Source of the DNA: Octopus sinensis | Lineage: Eukaryota | Direction: 5' to 3' | NCBI RefSeq assembly: GCF_006345805.1 | Contig: NW_021825401.1 | Coordinates: 1 to 15,755, forward strand | Length of the DNA: 15,755 bases | Shown: piece after piece, positions 1 to 9,515 of the stretch | Layout: each line of letters starts with the position of its first letter | Numbering within the stretch: the stretch's first letter is position 1 | Position numbers and translations under genes: made by a program | The notes under the pieces: generated by a model | The model's input: only the letters and a program-made list of their open reading frames with translations | Databases searched by the model: none | Told to the model about the DNA's origin: nothing

Positions 1-820
1 TATGTACATGTATATATATATTTACATATATATATGTATATATATATGTACATGTATACATATGTACATGTATATATATATTTACATATATATATGTATA
101 TATATATGTACATGTATATATATATTTACATATATATATGTGTATATATATATGTACATGTATATATATATTTACATATATATATGTGTATATATATATG
201 TACATGTATATATATATTTACATATATATATGTATATATATATATGTACATGTATATATATATTTACATATATATATGTATATATATATATATATAATGT
301 ATATATACATATATATATTATATATACACACATATATGTATAATATGTATATATATGTGTATATATATATATGTAGATTATATGTGTATTATATATATGT
401 ATATATATGTATGTATATATATATATGTGTGTGTATATATATGTATATATATATATGTATATATATATATGTATATAATTATATATATGTATATATATAT
501 ATAGTGTGTGTATATATGTATATATATATATATGTATATATATATGGTATATATATATATGTGGTGTGTATATAATGTATATATATATATTAGTATATAT
601 GTATATATAATATAGTGTGTATATATATGTGTATATATATATATGTAGATAATTATACATGTGTATATATATATTGTATAATTATATATGTAGATATATA
701 TAGATGTGTATATATATATGTGTATATATATATGTATATATATATACATGTATATATATATATGTATATATATATATATACATACATGTTTATATATATA
801 TATATATTTGTATACATATA
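1..820. repeat. (TA)n/(TG)n/(CA)n-rich simple-sequence tract; positions 1-290 form a ~44-46 bp minisatellite
   Basis: Almost pure purine-pyrimidine alternation. GTACATG recurs at 4, 48, 64, 108, 154, 200 and 246, most copies followed by a TTTACA interruption. Confidence 0.95.
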
Positions 821-1250
821 ATGTAATTTCCAACTGTCCTGAAATATACAAACATCTATTTAAATTAATTTTCAATTTGGTAGCATTGCACACACACACA
901 CACATGAAACCCTGATTTTACGAGTCTTTTGTTGAAATGAAGAATGTCCTGATATTAATTTCTTAATTTTCAAATATGATGATTATTACTTTAAAATAAT
1001 GCAAAACAAACATTTTGTGTGTGTTTGTGTGTGAGGAGAAGAAGGAAATTTCAGTTTTGAATGGTGTTTTTAAAGGGAGAAATCTCAAGTGGAAAATGTT
1101 GAAAAACATAGATTTAGAACCTCTTGAAACTATTGAAGACCTTTGCATATTTCAAAATTACTTCTATTACTCTTAAAATTCTCTTCTTTATGGCTTTGAT
1201 AGTCTTCAGATTTTTTTCATTCCTTTTAATGTCTTTTTAATGTTTTTCAG

Positions 1251-1452
1251 GAAAGGCATGAAGTTAAATCCAGACTACAAGGAGTCTCACATTAACCAGA
1301 GGGCCGCTAAATCACTGGCATATGGCAGGAATTACAACTCTCTACAGTACGACGAGGTGGAGTGTCTTATCAACAAGGAGTACACAGTGAAGTGTCGCAG
1401 AGAAGGCAAAGAAACCTTCATTCCGTTTAGCTTCATTGAACGCTATTTTGAA
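1251..1452 (+). CDS. GLCE: D-glucuronyl C5-epimerase, first coding exon visible in the window (probably an internal exon; phase 2 start, phase 0 end)
   Basis: Pyrimidine tract plus tttttcAG acceptor ending at 1250. Encodes KGMKLNPDYKESH...YDEVECLINKEYTVKCRREGKETFIPFSFIERYFE, resembling vertebrate GLCE [35 protein letters not shown]. Donor GTAAGT at 1453. Confidence 0.92.
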
Positions 1453-1476
1453 GTAAGTATTTATCTGCGTGTGTTC

Positions 1477-1555
1477 TTGTTGATATTTAGCCCCAGGTCA
1501 GACATATTCAAAGTAACTTTTGATCAGAATCATTTCATTCATGATCAACTCCCCC
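1477..1555 (-). mobile_element. Repeat family B, 3' tail fragment
   Basis: Minus strand: ...GATCATGAATGAAATG...TCTGACCTGGGGCTAAATATCAACAA, aligning with CCAACCTGGAGTGAAACAACA at 5448-5468. Confidence 0.5.
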
Positions 1556-1574
1556 CTCCCCTCAACTATAGTAT

Positions 1575-1888
1575 CAGGACAATTTTCCAGCACATAAGTC
1601 CTTGGTTTCAATGGTTCCTGTGCACGATTGTGGCTTTATACTGGCTGATCACCCTCCCAATTCTGATTTGGCCTCATCTTACTATCATCCGTTTGTCAAA
1701 ATGAAAAAAACACTTGGCTGAGAACACAGTGATGTTGTTGTCTTTTTTTGACCCACAGAATGAAAGCTTCTTCCCCAATGGGATCCAAGCACTGATGGAA
1801 GAAGCATGTGGACTGCTGCAAAGGGAACTATGTTGAAAAATAATCCTCATTTGGTCAAATTCCATGACCATTTCTGCCAACCCTTGTA
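1575..1888 (+). mobile_element. Decayed mariner (DD34D-type) transposon, 3' fragment: transposase C-terminus plus right end
   Basis: From 1575 it reads QDNFPAHKSLVSMVPVHDCGFILADHPPNS-DLASSYYHPFVKMKK, matching mariner HDNARPH...HPPYSPDLAPSDYHLF. After frameshifts it reads FFDPQNESFFPNGIQAL..WKKHVDC..KGNYVEK* (TAA 1841-1843), matching mariner GIxxLxxRWxKCxxxxGxYVE. It ends ...CCCTTG followed by TA (1887-1888), like a mariner terminus with a TA target site. Confidence 0.88.
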
Positions 1889-1959
1889 TTTCGGATTACA
1901 TCATAATTTAAATGTGTATTTTCCCATGCTTGCATGTGTTTAAATTTGTTGAAATGAGT

Positions 1960-2262
1960 TTTCTACAGCCAAATGGCCTTTGTTACCAATCCTCACCTGT
2001 TTCCAAGTGAGATAATAATTTCTCCATGACTGGACATGATTTTGTAGAAGATTGGCAAGAAAAGATACTGCTTGCATTTCAGTAATACTCATTTACGACT
2101 ATCATGCAATGTCAAGGCAAGGAGACACTAATACACACACACATCTCACAAGGCTTTGGTTACCTGGGAATGCAATAGAAAATAACCCAAGGTGCCATGC
2201 ATTGGGACTGAACCTTTAACCATGTGGTTGGGAAGCGAACTTCTTATCACACAGCCATGTCA
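1960..2262 (-). mobile_element. tRNA-derived SINE, family A, degenerate
   Basis: Minus strand: A-box-like TGGCTGTGTGAT (2257-2246), B-box-like GGTTCAGTCCC (2214-2204), then GGCACCTTGGG (CORE-like) and a (TG)n spacer. The head aligns with 7955-8118 and 6720-6878. The left boundary is approximate. Confidence 0.7.
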
Positions 2263-2294
2263 TTATTTAGTATATTGTTGCTTCATTAAGGCAA

Positions 2295-2365
2295 TGAAGT
2301 TTGATTTGTGGGAGATCTTGTTGCTCGTTATTAGATTGAGTAACAATTAGAACCTTCCTTAAGTC
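2295..2365 (-). mobile_element. Repeat family B, degenerate head fragment
   Basis: Minus strand: AAGGAAGGTTCTAATTGTTACTCAATC...AGCAACAAGATCTCCCACAAATCAAAC, colinear with the other heads. Confidence 0.45.
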
Positions 2366-2426
2366 TATCTAAAACATAGCTGAACTGGTGGAGCATCAAA
2401 CTTTATTTTATGTGAAACCATCATTA

Positions 2427-2646
2427 TTGTTGTTATTTACCCTCAGATCTGTCTCGAACAAGTAGAGCTCTGACATAAAGACATTCCTGCATGAACATTG
2501 TGTTTTTTTTCTTTTCTGATAATGCATTGAAAGATAGACCTTATCTAGTACATCCTGTTTAAGACAATGGGTTGTGAGTTGAAGGAGCTGTGACTGCTTT
2601 TACTAGCAAATCTCATGACTATATAGACACTTTTCCATTGGCTCAA
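2427..2646 (-). mobile_element. Repeat family B, near full-length copy (structured head plus (AAC)n tail)
   Basis: Minus strand: TTGAGCCAATGGAAAAGTGTCTATATAGTCATGAGA-T-TTGCTA-GTAA-AAGCAG-TCACAG-CTCCTTC-AACTCACAACCC ... GATCTGAGGGTAAATAACAACAA. Confidence 0.7.
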
Positions 2647-2854
2647 AGGCTTCCAAAAATAAATATTTTGAAGTTATTTATTTGCATCAGTCAGAAACTC
2701 TAATCCAGTTTTGTTTCTTTGGTGTTGATGTTTGATTTACATCCTTCTAAAGTTGATTAAATTTTTACCAGTAATTCACTTGTGTTCATTATTTTTCAAT
2801 GAAAATCTATGGAAATAAGATTATCTCTTTGTTATCCTCCTACATTTGATCACG

Positions 2855-3030
2855 TTGTTATTGTTAGAAGACTATGATTAAGGATATTCCGAGTTAGATT
2901 GTTCTGGCTTTTAAAAAGCTATATTCTAATGTATCCCTTCCTTTATCAAATTGATAGATATATGATGTGATTTGAAGGAATTTGGCTGCTATTTCTAGCA
3001 GGATACCCTGTCATATAGAAGTGCTCTCTT
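2855..3030 (-). mobile_element. Repeat family B copy
   Basis: Perfect hairpin CTGCTA-GAAA-TAGCAG on the minus strand (3001-2986), followed by CCAAATTCCTTCAAATCACATC. Tail AACAATAACAA. Confidence 0.75.
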
Positions 3031-3259
3031 TATGTTGGTTCTTATCATTTGGTCATGTGAACTGTACTATTGGTTACCATGTAAACAAATAGGTACCCCG
3101 TGATTATTGTGTTTTGACAGTGCTGAAGGTAAAGTAAGGCAGAGGAACAGATATTCAGTAACTGACGACATCATAAACATGTTCAATATGTTTTTTACCA
3201 CTCTAATTTGTTACACTTTCCAATATATTTGTATTGATCAATCTTTGCCATCTTTCTAG

Positions 3260-3434
3260 GTGTATGGAACTGTGACACATTCTGATGGAGGGCTGGATCG
3301 ATTTGAGTGGCAGCACAGTTATTCTCAAGTTTATCCACAGAAGAAGAAATACACCCCTAGTGGTGTCTTTATGTCATTTGAACACTACAATGTTGAAGTT
3401 CGGGACCGAGTGAAATGCATCAGTGGTATGGAAG
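3260..3434 (+). CDS. GLCE: D-glucuronyl C5-epimerase, coding exon (phase 0 to 1)
   Basis: Acceptor tctttctAG ending at 3259. Encodes [58 protein letters not shown](G), with the GLCE motif [22 protein letters not shown]. Donor GTGAGA at 3435. Confidence 0.95.
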
Positions 3435-4478
3435 GTGAGAGTATTGATACTTAAATGTAATCCCTCACACGTAAATTCAGAATGCAAACTTTCACTTTAC
3501 TACTCCAGTAGTGTGGGATAGGCATGATTGTGTTAGGACATTTGGCTTGACTAAGGACACTCTTAAATTGAGATGCTATGAACACACTCACTCTTTCAGA
3601 AATATAAATAGACACCAGTTTGTTCAAATATAGTCACCAAAGGAGTAACAACACTATACCAGATTTAAAATTAAATGGGAGATCAAACAGTGATGTCATT
3701 CTGAAGTTCTAGAAATAGATTTTCATACATACTCTGAATCATGTTAGCTATCTTAGTTTGCAAATCATGTATAGAATTCAGATTAGTTAAATAAACAATG
3801 GTTTTTACATGTCACCATAGAGAGACGTCTAGTGGGTTCAAATCTTGTGACTGTACAGGTCGCTGCTAATTCATTTTTGCAGAAATCTTTCATTCAGAGA
3901 GCAAAGTGACAATGTGCACCATGGAGTTAAAACGTTTCTTCTGTCAGTGTTTTAGTCAGTAATGTGTAGCTGGCTGTGGTGTTAGAAATGTTGTATAACC
4001 AGCAGTGGTGTCTTCGTAAGTTATAGTGTGTAGCTAGTAGTAGTGTTGTGTAGTTGGTATCTGATAAATAATTGGTGTTGCATTTCAGTGACACCAGGCA
4101 GACAAAAAACAGTCAAATGTTGGCAGAATATGATGGTTGGATAAGTGGTATATTTTGGTTAGATATATAGCAATGAAAGTGTTAATCAAAATATTCGGAA
4201 ACATTTTATCTGATGTTTATTAGCTTCTAGCATGCTGCCACACCCATCTTATCTAAATAACGTTTAGATTTTGATGGATTAATTATTATCCACAACTAAG
4301 TGATTTTCCTTCACCAGCAACCCATTCAAGTATGAAGTAAGAGGAAGTAAACCTGTTGTTATTTATTGGTGAAGCAAACTGGTTTATGCAGAGTTACGCA
4401 CCTCAACGAAGAAATATCACAAGGATTGAAGCACTTGTAACACCACGTGCCAACTATCTTATCTTCTGTTTAGTATTA

Positions 4479-4694
4479 TTTTCATTTTCATCTTCATCTA
4501 GTTTCAGCTCACATGCTGGGGCACCGTCATTCGCGAAAGAGTACGGCAGGGATCGCCACCCACCCCTGCTGGAGCCTCTTGGAGCTTTAGGTGTTTTTGC
4601 TCTTTAAACACTCACAACACCCGGTCTGGGAATTGAAACCGCAATCCTACAACTGCGAGTCCGCTGCCCTAACCACTGGGCCATTGCACCTCTA
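4479..4694 (-). mobile_element. tRNA-derived SINE, relatively young, with (GAAAAT)n-like tail
   Basis: Minus strand: GGTGCAA-TGGCCCAGTGG (A box, 4683-4673)-TTAGGGCAGCGGACTCGCAG...GGTTTCAATTCCC (B box, 4640-4628), GC-rich body, ...GCCCCAGCATG...GCTGAAACTAGATGAAGATGAAAATGAAAA tail. Imperfect flanking direct repeats (see findings). Confidence 0.85.
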
Positions 4695-4799
4695 GAAGTA
4701 ACCTATAGTATTCTTACAGCTGATTTCTATGGCTCTCGTGCCATTCATTAATTAATCCATAGCTTTATCAGATACATACATGTATATTCTTTTGTTTTG

Positions 4800-4990
4800 G
4801 ATTTATTTTTTATTGGTTTTAGTCAAGAGTGTGTCTATGCTGGGATGCAACTTTCAAGGCTTTTATAGTTGGTCATATTGACTCCATTACTTACTTAATC
4901 TAGTCCTTTTTTTATTAATTTATTTGTCAAACTGCTAGTTTGCAAGCCATGAAAATCATAGGTTGTTAAAACCAGTATAACATACACACA
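4800..4990 (-). mobile_element. Highly degenerate SINE 3' half
   Basis: ATGCTGGG at ~4837 resembles the tail motif of the 4479-4694 SINE, and the block ends in (CA)n. The arrangement parallels 6255-6370. Judged by eye and from memory of octopus SINEs. Confidence 0.4.
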
Positions 4991-5292
4991 TGAAAGCTAG
5001 CATGAAAAAAAAAATTTGACATTGTATTTTTTTTTTTATGCAGATTGAAAAGTATTAATGGAAAGGGCTTTTGTTAGTTGGTTCTAATTTCTGGGAATTT
5101 TTTTCCCATCTTCATCTGCTCCCTGTTCCCATCTTTGCTTGCATGGGGTGGTTTATTATTTGAAGTAGTTGTTTTTACAGCTGCATGCCCTACAGTTTGT
5201 GGCAGAGTAAATTGGAGCAAGCAATTAGAGGATCATTCCCTTTGCTATCCCCAATGCTGGCTCTTCAAATGTTGGATACTATTTTTATAGGG

Positions 5293-5468
5293 ATGCTAGA
5301 AATAGCAACTGAATGTCCCTTAAATCATACCTTATAAAAGATGTACTTAAAACTGCATTAGATGTATTAATTAGGTACCTGGTATTGAAAAGACATGGGA
5401 TGGTTAGAGATGGAATTAATTTTGTTTGTAGGTCTGCTTTATCAGGTCCAACCTGGAGTGAAACAACA
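5293..5468 (+). mobile_element. Repeat family B copy, 5'-truncated
   Basis: ATGCTA-GAAA-TAGCAA (5293-5308)-CTGAAT-GTCCCTT-AAATCATACC ... GGGATGGTTAGAGATGGAAT...CAACCTGGAGTGAAACAACA tail. Confidence 0.75.
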
Positions 5469-5476
5469 GAATCTAT

Positions 5477-5555
5477 TGTGAGGCTCTGTGTGGTACTCAA
5501 CTTGCTAGAAATAGTAGGTGAAGTTTCCTCAGATCACACCCTATCATCTTAAAGA
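5477..5555 (+). mobile_element. Repeat family B head fragment, in tandem behind the 5293-5468 copy
   Basis: GTGAG-GCT-CTGTGT-GGT-ACTCAA-C-TTGCTA-GAAA-TAGTAG (hairpin 5502-5517)-GTGAAG-TTTCCTC-AGATCACACCC. Confidence 0.7.
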
Positions 5556-6254
5556 AACCATTGAAGAATGTTCTTTTAATCTTAACCTTTTGTTGCTCAG
5601 TGTCTCCTTTCTCTGAATGATGTCTTACAAATGCCTCCTCTCCATATCTTATGCACATGAGAAAACCAGCAGCTTATAGTAAATCCAGCAGAAGCTAATT
5701 TTACACAGTCATTTATCCTCTGTATGTTTTTATGATGTTCCCACTAACATATGCCTCCTCTTAGATATTTGTCTGGATTAATGCCTTCTATGTTACATAT
5801 TTATGGAAATTGCTAAAGGTGGAAACTGTTACTATATTACGTTGGACCTTGGCATATCTGTTATTTTTCTGATCACTGATATTACAATATCCTATTCACA
5901 TTCTAATCCCATCAACTTTTTTTTTTCAAAAGTTGTATTTTAAATGTAGGTATTGTACCTGATTTAAATATTTTATATTTTAGAAAAATCTCGACATCTT
6001 TAAACATCCAACATTCACTTGACATGGTTTATGGGTCTTCCATATTACAAAATTGTTGAAAAAAATAGGGGATCAGGGTTGACTTGGGGCCAAATATCAT
6101 GAAGAGTAATCGCAACCTTGTAATTAGGGCAAACAAGAATTTCCTGGATACAACACAATGACTGCTCAGAGTAAGATTTGAAACGTATATATTTATATTT
6201 AGTTAGTATTTCAATTACAGTCAGTCATTGCATTGTTGTTGTTCCCCTCAATAA

Positions 6255-6370
6255 TGAACTGTGACTATGATGAGGTCCTAACATTTAAGGGTTTTAACCA
6301 ATCATTTAAACCACAGTGCTTTTTTTGAGTATGGTACTTATTCTATCAAATGATTAAATTTTACTTATTT
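6255..6370 (-). mobile_element. Highly degenerate SINE 3' half
   Basis: tgtgactatgatgagg...aagggttttaa...ggtacttattctatc parallels 4825-4915. Judged by eye. Confidence 0.35.
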
Positions 6371-6419
6371 CGAAGGAACAGATATAACTTGATACATAGA
6401 CACATATTTACACTACATT

Positions 6420-6878
6420 ATCATCCTTCTGTGTTCACTTTTCCATGCTGGCATGGGTTGGACAAGTCAATGCAATCCAAGTCTGTTATTTGGTGTTCTA
6501 GACATGTTTTGGAGATCACATCTTTTTGTAGGGTTCATTTTTGTCTTGGTTTCTAAGGCTGAATGCCTTCCATGCAACAGAGTTTGTTGCCTGGTCTCTG
6601 CTAAGTGTAGAGAGTCCTCCTGCCTCTGATTTGTTGCCAATTGTTACCTGTCTGTGCATGTATATAAATGTACATATAAATACATACAAATGTGTTTGTA
6701 TGCGTCCCCCACTCCCGCAAACATGACAGGCTTCTGTGCAGTATCTCATCTTACACAAGCACACACGATATTCGTTCAACCTAAAGCAGCAGAAAAAAGA
6801 AATCAATCATGGTACTCTGTAGAAGGCTTGAATCCAGAACCATTAAGAAGCAAACTTGTTAACCTCATAGCTGTGCTA
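6420..6878 (-). mobile_element. Degenerate family A SINE (head 6720-6878) with retroposon-like 3' part (6420-6590)
   Basis: cttgaatccagaaccat..gaagcaaacttgttaacctcatagc aligns with actgaacctttaaccatgtggttgggaagcgaacttcttatcacacagc (2207-2255). gtttctaaggctgaatgccttcc (~6550) resembles ttttctacagccaaatggccttt (~1960). Confidence 0.5.
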
Positions 6879-7124
6879 TTTTTTAAAATTGTATTATATG
6901 TATATATCTATAAGTGTTGCATGTTTGGGATAGTTTATTTGTAAGAAGAATTGAATTTCATGTAGTTGTGTCACTCAATCCTGACGAAGGAGTGGAACTT
7001 ATCAGTCATGTTAACTGTAAACCAGTAGGTTAAGTGCTTACACAAAGGCAATTTCAAATTCATTTTGATATGGTCTGTAGTTTGAGCAGCTTATCCATCA
7101 CAATTACTTTGCTTATAACCTTCA

Positions 7125-7345
7125 CAACTCTTATATTGCCAAATTTCTAATGAAAAATACCGTTTTAATTAATTTTGAATATAATCAAGAATTTGAAGGG
7201 ATTTTGTAAAATAACTTTTTCATTAAAAATTGGTTTGTAAACTGAAGTTCATGATGAGAGGTTTTCACTTAGATACAATCATTTTAAAAGGATCAGTTTT
7301 ATATCATAGAAATAGATGTGGTCTCAGATGGTCTGTATCCCCAAA
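7125..7345. mobile_element. Older, end-eroded copy of a related MITE, inverted relative to 8628-8831
   Basis: Colinear matches to the reverse complement of 8628-8831: atttctaatgaa/atttctattgag, tgtaaaataactt/agtaaaacaactt, gagaggttttcactt/ggaagattttaata, ggtctcagatggtctgtatc/ggtttcagctgggttggtaac. Confidence 0.55.
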
Positions 7346-7407
7346 AATATTTGTATAATTTTCCTTGTATTTCAGTATCCAGTAATTTTCGCTTTTATCA
7401 TTTCCAG

Positions 7408-7641
7408 GTGTTCCTGTGTCAACTCAGTGGGGACCTCAAGGCCACCATTATCCAATTCAGATTGCCCAGTTTGGCTTAAGCCATTACAGTAAATTCCTGA
7501 ATGAGGACAAACCAGATGTTATCATCCTAGAAGATGGCAGCGATGAAAACCTGCAGAATTGGTACCTACCAAATTCTCGCACGCACATAAAAGTGGTTGA
7601 TGATCCTGAAGTTGGGAAAGTGATTGAATTTGATGCTCCTG
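7408..7641 (+). CDS. GLCE: D-glucuronyl C5-epimerase, coding exon (phase 1 to 1, 234 bp)
   Basis: Acceptor tttccAG ending at 7407; G+GT completes Gly. Encodes GVPVSTQWGPQGHHYPIQIAQFGLSHYSK...KVIEFDAP, with the GLCE motif STQWGPQGxxYPIQIAQxGLSHYSK. Donor GTTAGT at 7642. Confidence 0.95.
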
Positions 7642-7742
7642 GTTAGTTTTATTGAATTTCTCTGTTCACTCACTTTTCCATTTTTCTTAAATATTTACAC
7701 ATCTCTTCAGAGGTGAGATTTAGTTTTTTTTTTTTATTATTA

Positions 7743-7937
7743 GAGCAATAGACTGTAAAAATAGCTTGCAGTGTTTAGTTTCAGTCTTCAACATTCTGAG
7801 TTCAAATTCTGCTGAGGTCAACTTAGTTTCTCATTTTTGTGCAGCTGATAAAAGAAGATATCTGTCAAGAAATGGGGTCGATATAAGTGATAGTACCCTC
7901 TCTCCATATCTGTAGCCTTCTGTTCATATACAAAAGC
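7743..7937 (+). mobile_element. Degenerate tRNA-derived SINE, a separate family (central domain resembles the Meta-SINE type as I recall it)
   Basis: B-box-like GAGTTCAAATTC (7798-7809), followed by gaggtcaact..tttctcat...gataaaa and ggggtcgat. Confidence 0.55.
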
Positions 7938-7954
7938 GGCCAGCATTGTAATGG

Positions 7955-8118
7955 AGACAGGTGTGTTAAAATGTTTACTTTGTAACAATATGGTTTTAGG
8001 TTCAATCTCACTGCAGTGGACCAGGGCAAGTGTCTTCTATAGTTTCACAATAATCACCGTCTTGCGAGTGCAATTTGGAAGGAAGAAACTGCATGGAAGC
8101 CCATCATATATATATATT
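7955..8118 (+). mobile_element. tRNA-derived SINE, family A head
   Basis: B-box-like GGTTCAATCTC (7999-8009), CORE-like GGGCAAGTGTCTTCTAT (8024-8040), gaaactg..gaagcccatc, then (TA)n. Aligns in reverse complement with 2145-2260. Confidence 0.7.
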
Positions 8119-8627
8119 TCCCTGACATATATTAGGGAATAACAAACATTGTTGAAAACTAGAGCTCTTTTGGATGAATTTACTGCACTGAGTTATGGAC
8201 ACTGTGGTTGTTCTTGTCATTGGCAAACTAGTGATTGGCAAGTTGCAAAACTCCAACAAAATGGGATTATTGTTTGCTAATTGTGATATAAAAATTATAT
8301 TTTTTACATTTATTCTTAATACATTCCAGCAGATTTCAATGCAAAATATGCTAGTTGCTGTTGTGTATGTCACAAGACTTTTCTCCTTTCACAGCAACAG
8401 TGTTTGTGACACACTCAGCCCCAAATCTCTCACTAGCCAGAAGTACCTGGACCTTTGAGCCTGAACAAGCCAATGGCTTTGTTTATAATTTTTGCGAACT
8501 GTTTGTTGATTTGTACTTATATCTGCCAACTGATAAAAAAAAATAAATTGTGATTTGCTCTGTGATATAAATATAAATTGGTTTTGCAGTTTGATTCTCT
8601 TCTTAGTACTAATCATTGAACCGTTAG

Positions 8628-8831
8628 CCCTTTCGTTACCAACCCAGCTGAAACCGGCTCTGTAGTACAAAAGTCTTGTTTTCATAAGTTTTGTATTAAA
8701 ATCTTCCACTAAAACTTAGTCACAATTTATGTTCCTAACACTAGCTTAATGATAACTAAGTTGTTTTACTAATATCTAAAATAATAGAGAGAAACACAGA
8801 GCATCTCAATAGAAATACAGTAATGAAAGGG
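8628..8831. mobile_element. piggyBac-type MITE (204 bp)
   Basis: Terminal inverted repeats CCCTTTCGTTAC (8628-8639) and GTAATGAAAGGG (8820-8831), 11/12 match. Flanked by TTAG (8624-8627) and TTAA (8832-8835). CCC...GGG ends with a TTAA target are the piggyBac signature. AT-rich noncoding interior. Confidence 0.85.
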
Positions 8832-9212
8832 TTAAGGAACAGAAACTATTGCCTTGTCTAATTTTACAAATTCTAACTATTTTGTACCAATACTGACCAT
8901 TATTATGTTACTTAAGACAGGAAGAGTTATGTACCTTGTTGAAAAGTACAACAGTTTTAACCTTTCAAGTCTATTCACATACAAGATGTCTTATATGAAT
9001 ATTAAATTGCCTTGTACTCATTTATGTATTTTAATTGGCAAACTGTCATTAGTTGCAGATTCCCAATGGGACAATCTGCATTTGTAATTGCGAGAGTGAC
9101 GGGGGTGGGGTTTGCCTTATTGGGGAACAACTAACACAAAAGACTTTATTTGTAGAGCGCTGGTTTACACTCCTTCAATGTACATCATTGAGTGTGTTAA
9201 CAACAGTACTGT

Positions 9213-9430
9213 GTTGTTGGTATTTGTTGTTTTCTGTTGCTTGGTCCAAAACTGATATTGGAATGGACCTGAAATCCTTCCAGCTGTGACCAACTCATCA
9301 TTTTCCTTTAGGTATAGTGTATCTTGGACTGCATTTTTCAACATCTTTCATATTTTAAAGATGGCAGGACATGATTTAATGGAATTTATCTGCTATTTCT
9401 AGCAAACTGAAGGACTGCTAAGTAGTTGCA
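9213..9430 (-). mobile_element. Repeat family B copy
   Basis: Minus strand: TTGCTA-GAAA-TAGCAG (9405-9390)-ATAAATTCCATTAAATCATGTCC ... TGGTCACAGCTGGAAGG...AAAACAACAAATACCAACAACA tail. Confidence 0.7.
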
Positions 9431-9515
9431 TTTATAGATGGTAGTTGAACCCATGTATGCTGTTTTTGTTGTTCTGTTCTATTGTTCATTTTTGTTTTTT
9501 TGTTTTGTTTTTCAG

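Noticed and set aside
2-915. Seven Y/I/M/C/V-rich ORFs on both strands
   Set aside because: Translation artefacts of the (TA)n/(TG)n tract, in which stop codons are rare.
1453-1704. Hydrophobic C-terminal extension of ORF 1240..1704
   Set aside because: Read-through past the strong GTAAGT donor at 1453 into repeat DNA and an alternative frame of the mariner relic.
4354-4442. Possible solo LTR (TGTT...AACA ends with internal AATAAA)
   Set aside because: Only 89 bp, and the flanks (AAACC versus CCACG) are not a target-site duplication.
4620-4694. Possible tRNA gene on the minus strand
   Set aside because: It has A and B boxes but no clean cloverleaf, and it continues into a SINE body and tail, so it is a SINE head.
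5582-5825. Possible further piggyBac MITE (TTAACCTTTTG ... GCTAAAGGT)
   Set aside because: The ends match poorly and there is no right-hand TTAA.
4356-9289. Other short intronic ORFs (60-106 aa)
   Set aside because: No recognisable domains or splice-consistent links, and most overlap decayed repeats.
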